Source: Lama glama
Lineage: Eukaryota
Direction: 5' to 3'
Assembly (NCBI GenBank): GCA_028534125.1
Contig: CM052817.1
Location: 89,468,001-89,532,000, forward strand
Length of the DNA stretch: 64,000 nucleotides
Shown: in pieces, positions 12,647-23,965 of the stretch
How the letters are laid out: each line of letters starts with the position of its first letter
Position numbering within the stretch: the stretch's first letter is position 1
Notes under the pieces: generated by a model
What the model saw: only the letters and a program-made list of their open reading frames with translations
What the model was told of the DNA's origin: nothing
Database searches by the model: none
Program-made: the position numbers and the translations under genes

Positions 12647-13499
12647 TAAACAGTTTTAATTTTATAGGATCAAATCATCATTCTTTTTCTTTAAGGTTAC
12701 TATTTGATTTAGAAGCGACTTTCCACTTAATAAAATATTTTCAATTTTGTTACATATATGAATATTTATTTGCATGTATGTGTGCATATATATGAGAATA
12801 TATATGCATAAATATTTATTTTTAATTCACTTTGATCAAATTTATGTTCCAGGTAGATAGAATGTTGTTTTTTTCTTTTTAGTTTTTCTCTTTTCAACAA
12901 ATAATTGCTTATTTTTCAACATCATTTTTAAATTTCTAGTTCATCCCTTTACCACAGAATTGTAATTCTGTTTTCATTACATACAGATTCCTACATGAAC
13001 ATGATTAAAACAAATAATTATTAAGGTCTACATTAGTAAAATAATTTATATTATACCAAGTTTTAAATTCTATGTTAAACTATAAAATAGCTTATTGGAG
13101 ATTATATAATTGAGATTTAAAGTGTTGAGCAGAAGAACTGAAGTAAATAAGAAAATCCATTGCTGTAAAATCATAGATCTCCTAAAGATGAGTGTAATTC
13201 ACATAAAATACTTTGTAGTGTCTGATATGTATGTACATTACAATCTCATGTAAGAAATGTCAATGTAACTTAGAATATACCCCATCCATATCCAATATTT
13301 AAAAGTGAAAATTGCAATATTTTTATCTGATAACCTTTGGGAATTATAGAGAAAGAGACAATATGTGGGCTTACATACGACTCTAAGTTAGTAATACTAT
13401 GATTCTATGAGGTGAAATGTAGAAAGATCCTAGAAGTGCTTTCAAACACATATACACACCAAGTGTGTATGCATGTGCCTGCTATGTGTGCTTTCCCAC

Positions 13500-14079
13500 C
13501 TTCTGGTTTAATGATTCACCAGAAAGACTCTGAGAACTCAGAAAAGCTGATCTACTCACAGCTACAGTTTGTTGTTATAAACAGAAATCAGCTGAAATCA
13601 GCAAAGGGAAAAAGGGCATAGGACAGAGTCCAAATGAGACAGGCACAAGTTTCCAGTTGTATTCTCCCTATGGAGTCATGCTGATAACACTCAGTCTTCC
13701 CAGTAAATATGTGTGATGATACATACGAAGTGTTGCCGACCTTGGAAGCTCATCCAGGACTTGGTGACCAGGAGTTTTATTGGGGGTTGATCATGTCGGT
13801 ATGGAGCACCTGCCTGGCAGACTTGGTTTCCTCAGTCTCCAGCCCCTCCAGAAGTCAAACTGATACTGCATGGCCTGAGAACTCCACTTTAAATTAGATT
13901 GTTAGCATAGACCACTTGGTAACAGCCAAAGCTTCAGGTAAACAAAAACCCTCCCATTAAGCAGGATATTGCAAGGTTTTAGGAGTTATGTCCCAGGAGC
14001 TAGTCAAGGGCTAAACCTTTCTTTAGAATGTACAGGGTTTGCACAACCCAGGCCTACCAAGTTAATTCTTTGCTACACA
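13500..14079 (-). mobile_element. ERVL LTR (MER77/MER68/MER21 group)
   Basis: - strand start TGTGTAGCAAAGAATTAAC...GGCCTGGGTTGTGCAAACCCTG resembles the recalled consensus. Confidence 0.75.
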
Positions 14080-15294
14080 GTACATAACTTTTCAACTAAA
14101 TGGATACTACAGAGATACTAATTAGGAAAGTGACTGAGAAAAAAAGTCAATATGCTTCCTACTTTTAATGTCCTAAAATATTAATAAATAATAATTGAAA
14201 ATATGGCTATGGATATAATTTCAAATTTCAAAACCACAATGAATGATGCTGTATTGCCCTGCTTTTTTTTTTTTTCCCAAAAAATAAATTTCCTTCAACA
14301 GTAGAAGAACCATATTGTGGAAAAATCTCACTTGTCATTTTCCATACAGGTTGAGAAACCTGATGAGCAATTAGTAGATGCAACGATGCACTGCAATCTC
14401 CAGAAACCTCTTGAGGGTATCAAAAAAGTATCCTATTTGAATATTGGGAAGTAAAGAAGTTAATCTGGTCTGATCTGTGCAACTTGGCCTTTGAATACCT
14501 AAGTTGCTGTCAATCATCCTTTCTGAATTAATGTTTAGCACAGCAGGAAACACTAACTTACGCAAAACCAAAATGCTGCCAATAAAAAAAAATGAAGAAG
14601 CAGTTTTCTATTTGCAAAAAGACACATTTATTACCAAAAGATGTTTCATTATTTTAAAGATATCTTTGTAAGTATGCAAATAAAATTAATTTTAGTTTTG
14701 TAATCTATATATTTCTGCTACAATAAGACATTAAAATATTTCATTACTGAATTTACTTTTCCTTTATGTTCCTATATTATGTAAATAGAAGGGTAGGAGT
14801 GCTCCAAAGACACAATTTATGAGATAACAAAAAATAAACTTTTTTTTAAAGATCAAGTCCTATATTTGAATATAATTAATAATAATAGTGCTAACAATGC
14901 TACTCATCAGTAAAATGTTCATTTCTTAATCATGGCTATAATGATTATAACCATGGCTAGGCAGAATTTTTTCCTTATGCACTTTAATCTTATGCTAATT
15001 AAGGCCTTGAAATGACACAGTAAATGATTTAAGGGAACTAAATCATCAACTATTATGCCAATTAATTTTCTTACTTTTTAAAAATTGAGATGTTTTAAGA
15101 GTAGCTAATTTATAAAAAATAAAGAAAACAGCATATACATCCTACTGATGTTTGTAAAGGAATGAGTTATCAATAATATATTTCCCAAATTCTGTACAAA
15201 TTACCAGTATGTTTTTAACAATGGCCAAACTGTCTTGAATAAAATGAAATTTAATATACTCTAGATTTTTTAATTTAAAGGAAATATATGGTGA

Positions 15295-16640
15295 TGACAT
15301 AAAAATTCACACTTTAAGGTAAGACAATGAAAATTTAAGCATAAAACTTTCCCTCTGCCCTTTGGCCTTCTCCCTTCCCTGAAGTGTGCATTGTGCAGCT
15401 GCATTATGTATTAACCAGACCTCCCCAATGGCAGAAATACCTACTCAACCATAAAGATCAGTTTTTCCTTTTTTGTCACCAGCCATGTAACTCTTTAGAA
15501 GACAGCACTCCTATCTCAATTGTATAAGGGGTCCCGATGACCCACTGCTTGCCTTGTACAAGCAGACATCTTTGGTGAACTTTATGTACAATGTCAATAT
15601 ATTATTAGCCTTAAAGATGCAATAACAGACTGGTGCAGAACAGACTGGTCAGAGGAACTGGAGAGGTACTGGGCTACATCTAATGGAAGTTCTTGACTTA
15701 AATATTTACTTAATGACTTTATTAATGTTACTAGCTATGTTACTTGTATTCTGCTTATTTTACAAGATTATTGTTTCTTGCATTACCAAATGTGTGACTG
15801 AGCCTCAGATAAAATTAATGATGATTAGATGAAATGATTGATCAAAAATATAGTTTTAAAAGATCAATGATTGTAATAGTGTAACTCTAGATATGGGAAG
15901 AAGGAACAAGAGGGACCATTTCCTGGACCATAATAGATTAGTAAGACAAGTGGTCTCAAGGCTTTTGGTTACTGTTAACAGGGCCTAGTCCAGTAACAAG
16001 CTACACTGAGTAGCCTATCAGCAAAATCCTCCCCTGATCTAGGAGTAAGCATTCCTAGCACCGTGGGACAAAGTGATCACAAAATGCTTCCCAAACCTTG
16101 GTCGAAATTAAGATTCAAAGAGAAGGAATTGTACAGTGGTAGAGCATTTGACTGCAAAGAGAAGGAACTGTAAAATAAAGAAGGTTGCCCACTATCCAGT
16201 TCTACAAGAATCAAGTCATTAGTCACTGCACTTGCTGACATAAAATATAACCCAAAAGGTATTCAGAGTGGAGATCAGGATGAGGCACTTTGTGCTCTGG
16301 GATAACCAACAGAGCTGGCCCCTAAAATAACTAAGTATTTTAGGATAAGATTTTGTGAACACAGTTTCTTGCATCTTCCCATACTTATAAGAGCACTGAA
16401 TTATTAACTACGATGTCTGTTCCTGAAAGCTAGCAGCAACCTTCTACTGAGATGTGAGCTTGACTGCACGTACCCCTTTGCCAAAATCACATATATACTG
16501 GCCTTCTCACTTTACCTCTTCGGAACAGTTTTCAGAGCTCTCTAAGAGCCTAGCTTCTGGGTTATAATCCTCAAGTTGGCTCAAATAAAATTCTCCATTT
16601 ATTTCTTAGATTGACTATTGATTAATTTTTTTCATTGCCA
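15295..16640 (+). mobile_element. Composite ERV1 element: LTR-like 5' part, decayed env 3' end, polypurine tract and LTR
   Basis: TG...CA ends with GTGA/GTGG near-TSD. An internal frame reads MTLLMLLAMLLVFCLFYKIIVSCITKCVTEPQIKLMMIR (env TM-like). A purine tract precedes TGTAAAAT at 16169, and AATAAA is at ~16584. Confidence 0.75.
16134..16156 (+). pseudogene. tRNA-Cys(GCA) fragment (D-arm to anticodon), retroposed, tailless
   Basis: CAGTGGTAGAGCATTTGACTGCA matches recalled mammalian tRNA-Cys-GCA. Flanked by 17-bp direct repeats AAAGAGAAGGAA(T/C)TGTA. Confidence 0.8.
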
Positions 16641-16809
16641 GTGGTATTCAATTCATATGACAGAGGCATTTTAAAATCTTCTTGAGAAACATTGTATACT
16701 TGCAAGGTATTATAAAAAAGTCTTATTTTACTTTATAATGGTTACCTGGTGTTTTTCATTTATAGGAAAATAAAAGTCCCAAATAATTCAGTATCCAGTT
16801 ATTAGGAAG

Positions 16810-17020
16810 TCAGGAGAGTGTGATTGTTAAGATCTACACAATGGAGTCAGATTATCTGGATTCTAATTTTGCCTGCACCAATTACTAGCTGTAAAAATAC
16901 TAGTAGGTGGGATAGTAATAATATACAAGTAATACAGATTTTTGAGGATTAAGTGAATTAATCCACGAGAAGAACCTAGTACAGGGCCTGGCATTTTATT
17001 AATATTCAATAAATGTCAGC
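16810..17020 (+). mobile_element. MIR SINE
   Basis: GTTAAGA...TGGAGTCAGA...TTACTAGCTGT...GAGGATTAAGTGA...TCAATAAATG. Confidence 0.65.
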
Positions 17021-17129
17021 TGCTTTTATTTCTTTGTTTGCTTTATTAACTTGAAGAAGCTCCAGAAGATTTAGAGAGTTGATCCTAAATGTGTTTTGAA
17101 TAAGTCTGTTTCCATAATGGTTACTATAT

Positions 17130-17302
17130 AGTGCTGCACTAGAACTTTCTGCAATGATAGAAAGATTCTACAATCTGTGCTATTCAATTTAGTCACCAAT
17201 AACCAAGTGACAAGTGGAACTATATTTTTAATTATATTTACTCTTATTTAATTTAGTTTAATTAGCTGCATGTGGCTAGTAGCTACAGTATTGCACAGCA
17301 CA
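17130..17302 (+). mobile_element. MER3-like hAT-Charlie non-autonomous DNA transposon
   Basis: TAGAACTTTCTGCAATGATAGAAA start and CATGTGGCTAGTAGCTACAGTATTG.ACAGCAC end. Confidence 0.75.
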
Positions 17303-18044
17303 GGTCTATGCTTTATTCTTTCACATATTTCTCAGCTAAAACAAGATGTTTCCACCTATTTTTGCAAAGCAATTCAGTTGCACTTGTAGCAGGAAGGCAA
17401 CATCGCAGCTTGTGTAGAGGTCTTTTTTCAGACATAAGAGTAGTATTTTTCCTCTGTTCAACTTTAGAGTAATTAAAACTTGGTTTCATGTTGGGATCCT
17501 GGTTTGCAGAAGCAGAACAACCTGCTGGCCATGGTCCTGAAATTCTACACAGAAATTATCACTGGATTCAGTCCATTTAGTAGAAAGCAGATTCCTGCAC
17601 TTTGGTTGACCTAGAAATGGCACAGAGCTCAGGCTCAGGATTCTCAAGCATCAGGGTCAAAACCACAGCAGGTCCAGAATGTCTCCTGACTGACAACTTA
17701 GATGGTTTCCAGAAGCAAGGAGACAACTGAAAATCTCTCTCAGGACTTTCTCCGCTGGAAGATATAATTCCTCTAATATCAACTCTTTAAAATTCTTTGA
17801 TGCTTCTCATTGGCCAAATCCAGATGAAAGCTGGAAGGTGTGAGAACTCTGCTGATGCCAGCCATATAGCTCTGCTTTCTGGGCTGAGAGTAAGGAGAAA
17901 AAGGATGGAGAGAGGCTCTGCACAGGCAAGTGGAAGATATGAAGCTAAATCTACTTACAACCTGAAACTGTGACAGAAATCTAGGGAGGTATGGTAGGAT
18001 CCTGTTCTTAAACCATGCAGGTAGGCCTGCAAGGAGATGAAAGA

Positions 18045-18176
18045 ATGTGGCTTCAGGAAGCATGTTACTAAATAGCTATGTGATTTTGGCAAGTTAATTA
18101 ATTCTCTACACTGGCTTTTACATATCTATTGCATAATATGAGAGCCTTGAAGTGCATTATCTCTAAAGCATCTTCC
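18045..18176 (+). repeat. Copy 1 of a ~130-bp local direct repeat (MIR-derived)
   Basis: Highly similar to 18813-18943. Confidence 0.9.
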
Positions 18177-18224
18177 AGGTTTGTTTACATAGGATTCTTG
18201 GCCTGAATTTCCTATCATCTTTGA

Positions 18225-18418
18225 TGTTAAGGGTGTCCTTCCACCTCCAGGTGCAGGGAGTGCATTTTTCACATAAGAGCTTTATCTCCTACTTTCAGGG
18301 AGACAGAAGAGAAGGCCAGAGTGTCCCTCTTGTATTGGTCATTTCTTAAGTAATTTTAATTTAAAATAATTGATATGCTATTGAGGCACATTTGGAGCAG
18401 CCTACTCTGGGCCCCAAA
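18225..18418 (-). mobile_element. ERV1 LTR fragment, same family as 455-1099
   Basis: Colinear similarity including TTTAT.TCCT.CTTTCAGG.AGACA and the terminal CTGGGCCCCAA. Confidence 0.7.
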
Positions 18419-18812
18419 AAGGATATGGACCACTTTCCTACAATCAAAATCTAAGAATACAAACAATAAGTAATTTCTTAGTAGGATCATTTTAATTTTT
18501 CAAAATACAACAAAGGGTAATTGAAATGAAATATATGAAATTCACTAATTGCATACTGGCCTAATTTGTACAGATATACTTCCAAGAGTAGTTGATTACC
18601 ACAGTGATACACTCCTTTTATTAACTGGCTATACTCACATAACTGCCCCACTGAAGTATTAACCAGTCTACTTATTCCACAGCCTCAGGTTAATTTCCAT
18701 TTTTTATTTTTAGTGAAAAGTTCTCTGAATTATCAGAGAGTAGAAACAAAACCAAAGTTGGCAGTACTTTGTAGTGGAGACATGGATTTAAGACTGTTGC
18801 CATTGCCTCGTT

Positions 18813-18943
18813 ATGTGACTTCAGGCATGTTATTAACTAGCTATGTGATTTGGGCAAGTTAATTAATTCTCTACAGTGGCTTTTGCATATCTGTTGCATA
18901 TAATATGAGAGACTTGAAGTGCATTATCTCTAAGGTATCTTCC
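18813..18943 (+). repeat. Copy 2 of a ~130-bp local direct repeat (MIR-derived)
   Basis: Shares GCAAGTTAATTAATTCTCTACA and CTTGAAGTGCATTATCTCTAA with copy 1. Confidence 0.9.
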
Positions 18944-20944
18944 GGCTCTGATTCAGGGCTCACACATGCTCTGTAATTCCAAATTTATTTTATTTTTTGA
19001 CAACCAAGAGAATGGTGAATTATTTCTAGGGACATTAACACATTCTCAAATCTTTCTTAAAATATTATTGAAAATGTAAATGCAATTTGTAACAAGTATT
19101 TTGGGTCAAGTTTGCATCAGCATATAATAGACTATTTTAACGTATTGTAATTGCAAATGTATTGATCATTACTTAACTATAATCTTGCAAAAAACATGAT
19201 ATAGATGTAACACATACATCTTCACTTGCCACTTGATAGATGAAAGAGGAAAAATAAGTTTGTTGAATGTCCTCAAACCGAACCAGCCTAATTAAATCAC
19301 ATTAAAAGTCATATTCATGGCATGCTAGATGGATGATATCTTAACTGCAAAAAATGCAAGCAGGCCATTGTTTTTTGAGGTTTCTTTCCATTTCTTTTTC
19401 TTTTACTTTTTTTCAGTTCCCAGAGTATTCAATGCACTGTGGAAACTTATTGATCAAGCCCCTGGGTTACAGTCCCCAGGCTTTTGCACCATGTTCCCGC
19501 AGTCTCAGGAGACACCACTGCCACTGACCACTCTTGTCACCCAGGAACATCATAAGCCACATCCATTTGTAGGAGGGGTGGAGGGGGTGCTGCTCAGGCC
19601 ATGCCCACATTGCTGTGCACAATCTGCCGCAGATGCCCACCCTCCTTCATGCACTGCTGGCATATCTGCCCCTTTATTGGGCTATCAAATGATGTACCCT
19701 AACTGCATGACATGGATAAAGTTCCCATTTCTCTTTGCTAGTAGGGAAAGTGTCCTTTCCCTTCTATGAGTATTTTAGGGAGATCCCGTGACAAAGTTGT
19801 TTAAGGGCCCAGATCTTAAAACTCTTTCTGTCTTACGAGCAATCATTTCTTAGGACACAGAGCTGTCTACGACTGAGTGTTCCATTCCAGGTCCTGTGAA
19901 TTGTGCTGGATTTCTTTCTGAAAGGCTACTTGGCTCCTCCAAGATGGGTTCACTAGATCCCCCTGTACATATCTGAATCCCAGCCATGAACAGAGTTCAA
20001 ATGCTTGGGCGAATCAGCAGATGCAGCTTGATAAGAGGTGGGAGTTGGTGTTAGAGGTGGGCAGTTACTGACACCACCTGGACAATCTACTTGAATACAT
20101 ATCCTGATCTGCTGATACACAGGATTGCCTCCTGCAGTTAATCTCAAAATTAAATCAAATGCATTGCTTTAAAAATTCTAAATGTACTATGGAGATTTGT
20201 AATCCACACTAACTAGGGGGCCAAAAATTTATTATAGCAATAAGCTGGATATATGTTTTAATTCTAAGCAAAATTTTAATCAGTGAACTTTGAGTTTTTA
20301 AATAAGTAAAATAGGAAAATGTTTTCCTAGTAAAAAAGGAAATAATTTTTTAAAAAGTAATTACAAAACAAAAATGGTTATTTAGAAAATTCAAAATATA
20401 ACAAAAGAGGGAGAGATTTGGGGAACAGCCTGAAAACCACAATCTTAAAATAATCCCTATTTTGTATTGGAGTCTCCTTGTAGATTGTTGCTATTGTGGT
20501 TCATATTCATGTTGTTTTAACATTGCTGCTATAATACTGTCGACATAATTTTAGAAATTTGCTTTTGACTTAAGATTATTGCACATTTGCTTACTCTTGC
20601 CATTAACTATAATTTATAGCCATTAACTGTAACAATGTCTAAACTAAAAGTTACGGCTGTATCAAAGATTACTAGGTCTTTCTATAACATTGACTACTGA
20701 GGTATCTTTTAATTTTTCACAATTTTAAATTGTTTTAAGAAACATACATGTGCTGAAATATTACTCAATTTATTTCTGATTATTTCTTTAGGATGGATTA
20801 CAGAAGATATTTGGGTAATCTATATAAATATTTGGAAACCTTAATACGTATCATCAATTGCTTTTCAAAAGAATACCAACTTACACAATCAGTTGTGGTG
20901 TAAGACAGTACTTAAGAAACATTTTTAAATAGTATAATCTAGGA

Positions 20945-21088
20945 GGGGAGGATATAGCTTAAGTGCTAGAGCACATGCTTAGCAAGAACAAGGTCCTGGG
21001 TTCAATCCCCATTACCTCCTCTAAAAATAAATAAATAGATAAATCTAATTACCCCCCGAAATAAATAAATAAAATAAAAATTAAAAAA
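20945..21088 (+). mobile_element. tRNA-Ala-derived camelid SINE (vic-1-like)
   Basis: GGGGAGGATATAGCT head, A box, B box GGTTCAATCCC, AAT-rich middle, TAATTACCCCCC and an A-rich tail. Confidence 0.85.
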
Positions 21089-21879
21089 TACTATAGCCAA
21101 AATTATACAATTTAATATTTAAATATTAGTATGTAATGAATAGATTTGGAAAAAATTAGTAAATTTTTTCAAATTAGTTTCCAGTTTACTGAGAAGAGTC
21201 ATTAATTATATGTGGATAATCTGGTTCCTTATATTAGCTATAAACTCATATAGGGGAAATTTCCACATGGGATCTTTAGTGTACACATGAAGGCTATTTA
21301 TCACGTTTTTCTTATCTGAGAATCATGAAGTTCTTTGTTTCTCTGAGACTACAGCTGTCAAAATTTTACTGAGATAAATGGTAGAACACACACAAAAAAA
21401 ATTCCACATACGTCATCTCAAAAATCATCTTCTGACTGGTACTCTTTTCCTGAAATACATTCCTAACTAGTAAAAAATATACATTATAACCATTCATTAA
21501 AATCACATATATGTTCTTAAACTGCAACTCAGGTTTAGGTGGACTTATACTGTTAACACATAGCTAGAAAATGGCTGCTCTTCCTCCAAAGGAACACAGC
21601 TGTCCTTGTAAAATACTTGACATCCCAAACATTAGAACAGAAAGCGTACTTCTGGGAAACAGCCAGATCCCCAGGAGAAAGGAGGGAGGGAGGGACTGGG
21701 CCAAGAATACATGCTCCTCCAGCACTTACCAGACAGCTCCCTCACCTCCGTGGGAAAGAAGCAGCGGAGAAAGAGCCAGGAGTGTTTAAGGAACAATCTC
21801 ACCTCATGAAGACTAGGCGAATGGGGAAGAAACTTCATCCGTAATTATATATGATATCCATTAAACTCTTTTTGGGGGT

Positions 21880-22080
21880 GGTTCCAGATGTTTTACATAT
21901 TTTCTCATTTAGATCTCCCAGCAATTTGACTAGTTAGGTTCTATGGCAATCCTGACTATACAGATGAGGAAACACATTTACATAAGTCACTTGCTCAAGG
22001 TAACAAGCCTAGAAAGTGGTGTAGCTGAAATTTGCATGCTGGAAGTTCTTACTCAGTTACAAAACTCAGCACCACATATT
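21880..22080 (-). mobile_element. MIR SINE
   Basis: ACAGATGAGGAAAC...AAGTCACTTGCTCAAGGT.ACA (reverse MIR core). Confidence 0.7.
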
Positions 22081-22569
22081 CATAATTTTAAGTGCTATGT
22101 TATTCTTTTAAAAGGATTCACTTACTAACTGAGTCAATCAAATTGTATTAGAGTTAACTTTAGTCACAGAGTATATGCCTGCTGAGTGATGACATATGAG
22201 TCCAGGATTGACTTATATGCCCCCTAAAATAGATCTAGTTTGGGTCTGGAAATTTAGGGTAAGGCAGATAATAAGCAATTAATGAGGCTGGGCTCTGTCC
22301 TTCATCTTGTATCATCAAGAATTCCTGCTTTGGGACTTGGAAGATGATATACACTAAAGTCATCTTTCTGTTGTATGAATAAACGGGTGGATTAATAGAT
22401 GGACTAATACACAACTGGATGGATGGAGCCAGGCTGGACTTGAGCCACGGTTGTATAAGTGGCTTAGATTCTTTTTTGTTGTTGTTGTTACTTTAGCGGT
22501 GGTCTTGAAATAAGAGTACTGTTGTTCAGCTAATAAAACAAAGCAATGACAACAACAAAAAGCCCAAAA

Positions 22570-22895
22570 AAGCAGTTTTCAGGGGCTGAAGGCGTATCAC
22601 TCCAGTGCTTTCTATACTTTTATCCCTGGGGAACTTTGCTGCCTTTCAGCAGGAGGTCACTCAGTTCCCAGAGGCATTCTCAGTTCCTCACAACATGAGT
22701 CTCTTTAAAGGCATCAAGGAAAGAGAGAGACTCCAGCAAGACCAAAGCTGCAATCGTATATAATGCAACCATGTACATTTCATCACCTTTGCTATATTCT
22801 ATTGGTCAGAAGCAAATCAAAGGTCATGCCCACACACAAGGATAGAGATTATGCAAAAGCATGTATGCCAGGAGGCAGGACTGTGGGAGACTTTG
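22570..22895 (-). mobile_element. MaLR (MLT1) LTR fragment
   Basis: CATCACCTTTGCTATATTCTATTGGTCAGAAGCAAATCA motif typical of MLT1. Confidence 0.55.
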
Positions 22896-22986
22896 AAGAA
22901 ACTGACACACCTACTAGCTCCTCCATTAACCTGAATTGTGTGTGTGTGTCTGTTTATACACACATATACCATTCTGCTTAAGACAT

Positions 22987-23132
22987 ATACACAAGATCTT
23001 ATGGTAGCCCACAGAGAAAAAAATGTGACAATGAATAAATATATGTTCATGTATAACTGAAAAATTGTGCTCTACACTGGAATTTGACACAACATTGTAA
23101 AATGATTATAAATCAATAAAAAAGTTAAAAAA
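22987..23132 (+). mobile_element. Young, 5'-truncated L1 3' end
   Basis: Near-identical to 56280-56420, AATAAA plus poly(A), TSD AAGACAT (22980-86 and 23133-39) at a TT/AAGA site. Confidence 0.88.
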
Positions 23133-23499
23133 AAGACATTAGTAAATAAGCATTTACATATAACATCCACTTTAAGTTAATGTTTAGCCTTTGAAGGATG
23201 TTATTAAAGGGTCATTCTCAAAAAAGTGTATTCACTGTAATTTTACCATTCTTGAAAAAAAGAAAACTGTTGAACAAGTTAGATCATTCTTGAAAGTACT
23301 GTTTTTAAAAAATTTCTCCATATGAAATAAATATTTAACCATGAATCCTTGAACAAAAGAAGAATCATTTACCACTGGGATAAATTTAGCTGGCTTTACA
23401 GTTTTCTTTGGGAGCCTTTTCTGGACTGTTTTTTTGAGCTCTAAGAATTCTTGTTTCAATTAAGATTGAGTTATATTGCAAATATTAGAAATTGGGGCT

Positions 23500-23965
23500 G
23501 AATGAGTTTCTGATTATTGCTGTAACAAATTACCAGTAACACAGTAGCTTAAGGAAACACAAATTCCATTCACTTACAGTTCTAGACTTCAGAAGTCTCA
23601 AATGGGTCGGCAAGCCTGTTTCCTTCTGGAGGCTCTAGAAGAGAATTTGTTTCCTTGCCTTTTCTAGGTTCTAGGGGATGTGTGTATTACCTGGCCCATG
23701 GACCCTCCTTCCATCTTCAAAATCATGAGGGTGGCATCTTAAATCTCTCTCTGACTCTGACTCTGTCCCTCCTGCCTCCCTCTGTCACTTAAAAGAACCT
23801 TTTGATTACCTTAGGCTCCCTCAATAATCTACAATAAAGTCCCATCTCAAGATCTTTAACTAAATTGTATTTGCAAAGTCCATTTTACCATGGATGGCAT
23901 CATAGTCACAGGTTCTGAGGATTAGGATGAAAGCATCTAGAGGGGGGCAATTATTCAACATACTG
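23500..23965 (-). mobile_element. MaLR (MLT1B/C/D-type) LTR
   Basis: TTGCTGTAACAAATTACCA...TTACAGTTCT...TCACAGGTTCTGAGGATTAGGA. Confidence 0.8.

Noticed and set aside
19329..19769. Longest ORF (146 aa) as a gene
   Set aside because: Runs through a T-rich low-complexity tract, has no recognisable domain, and is explained by locally higher GC.
20945..21020. Functional tRNA gene
   Set aside because: It is the SINE head, followed by an AT-rich body and tail.
23373..23440. - strand exon-like frame ELKKTVQKRLPKKTVKPAKFIPV
   Set aside because: Poor pyrimidine tract and no phase-linked neighbour, so too weak to list.
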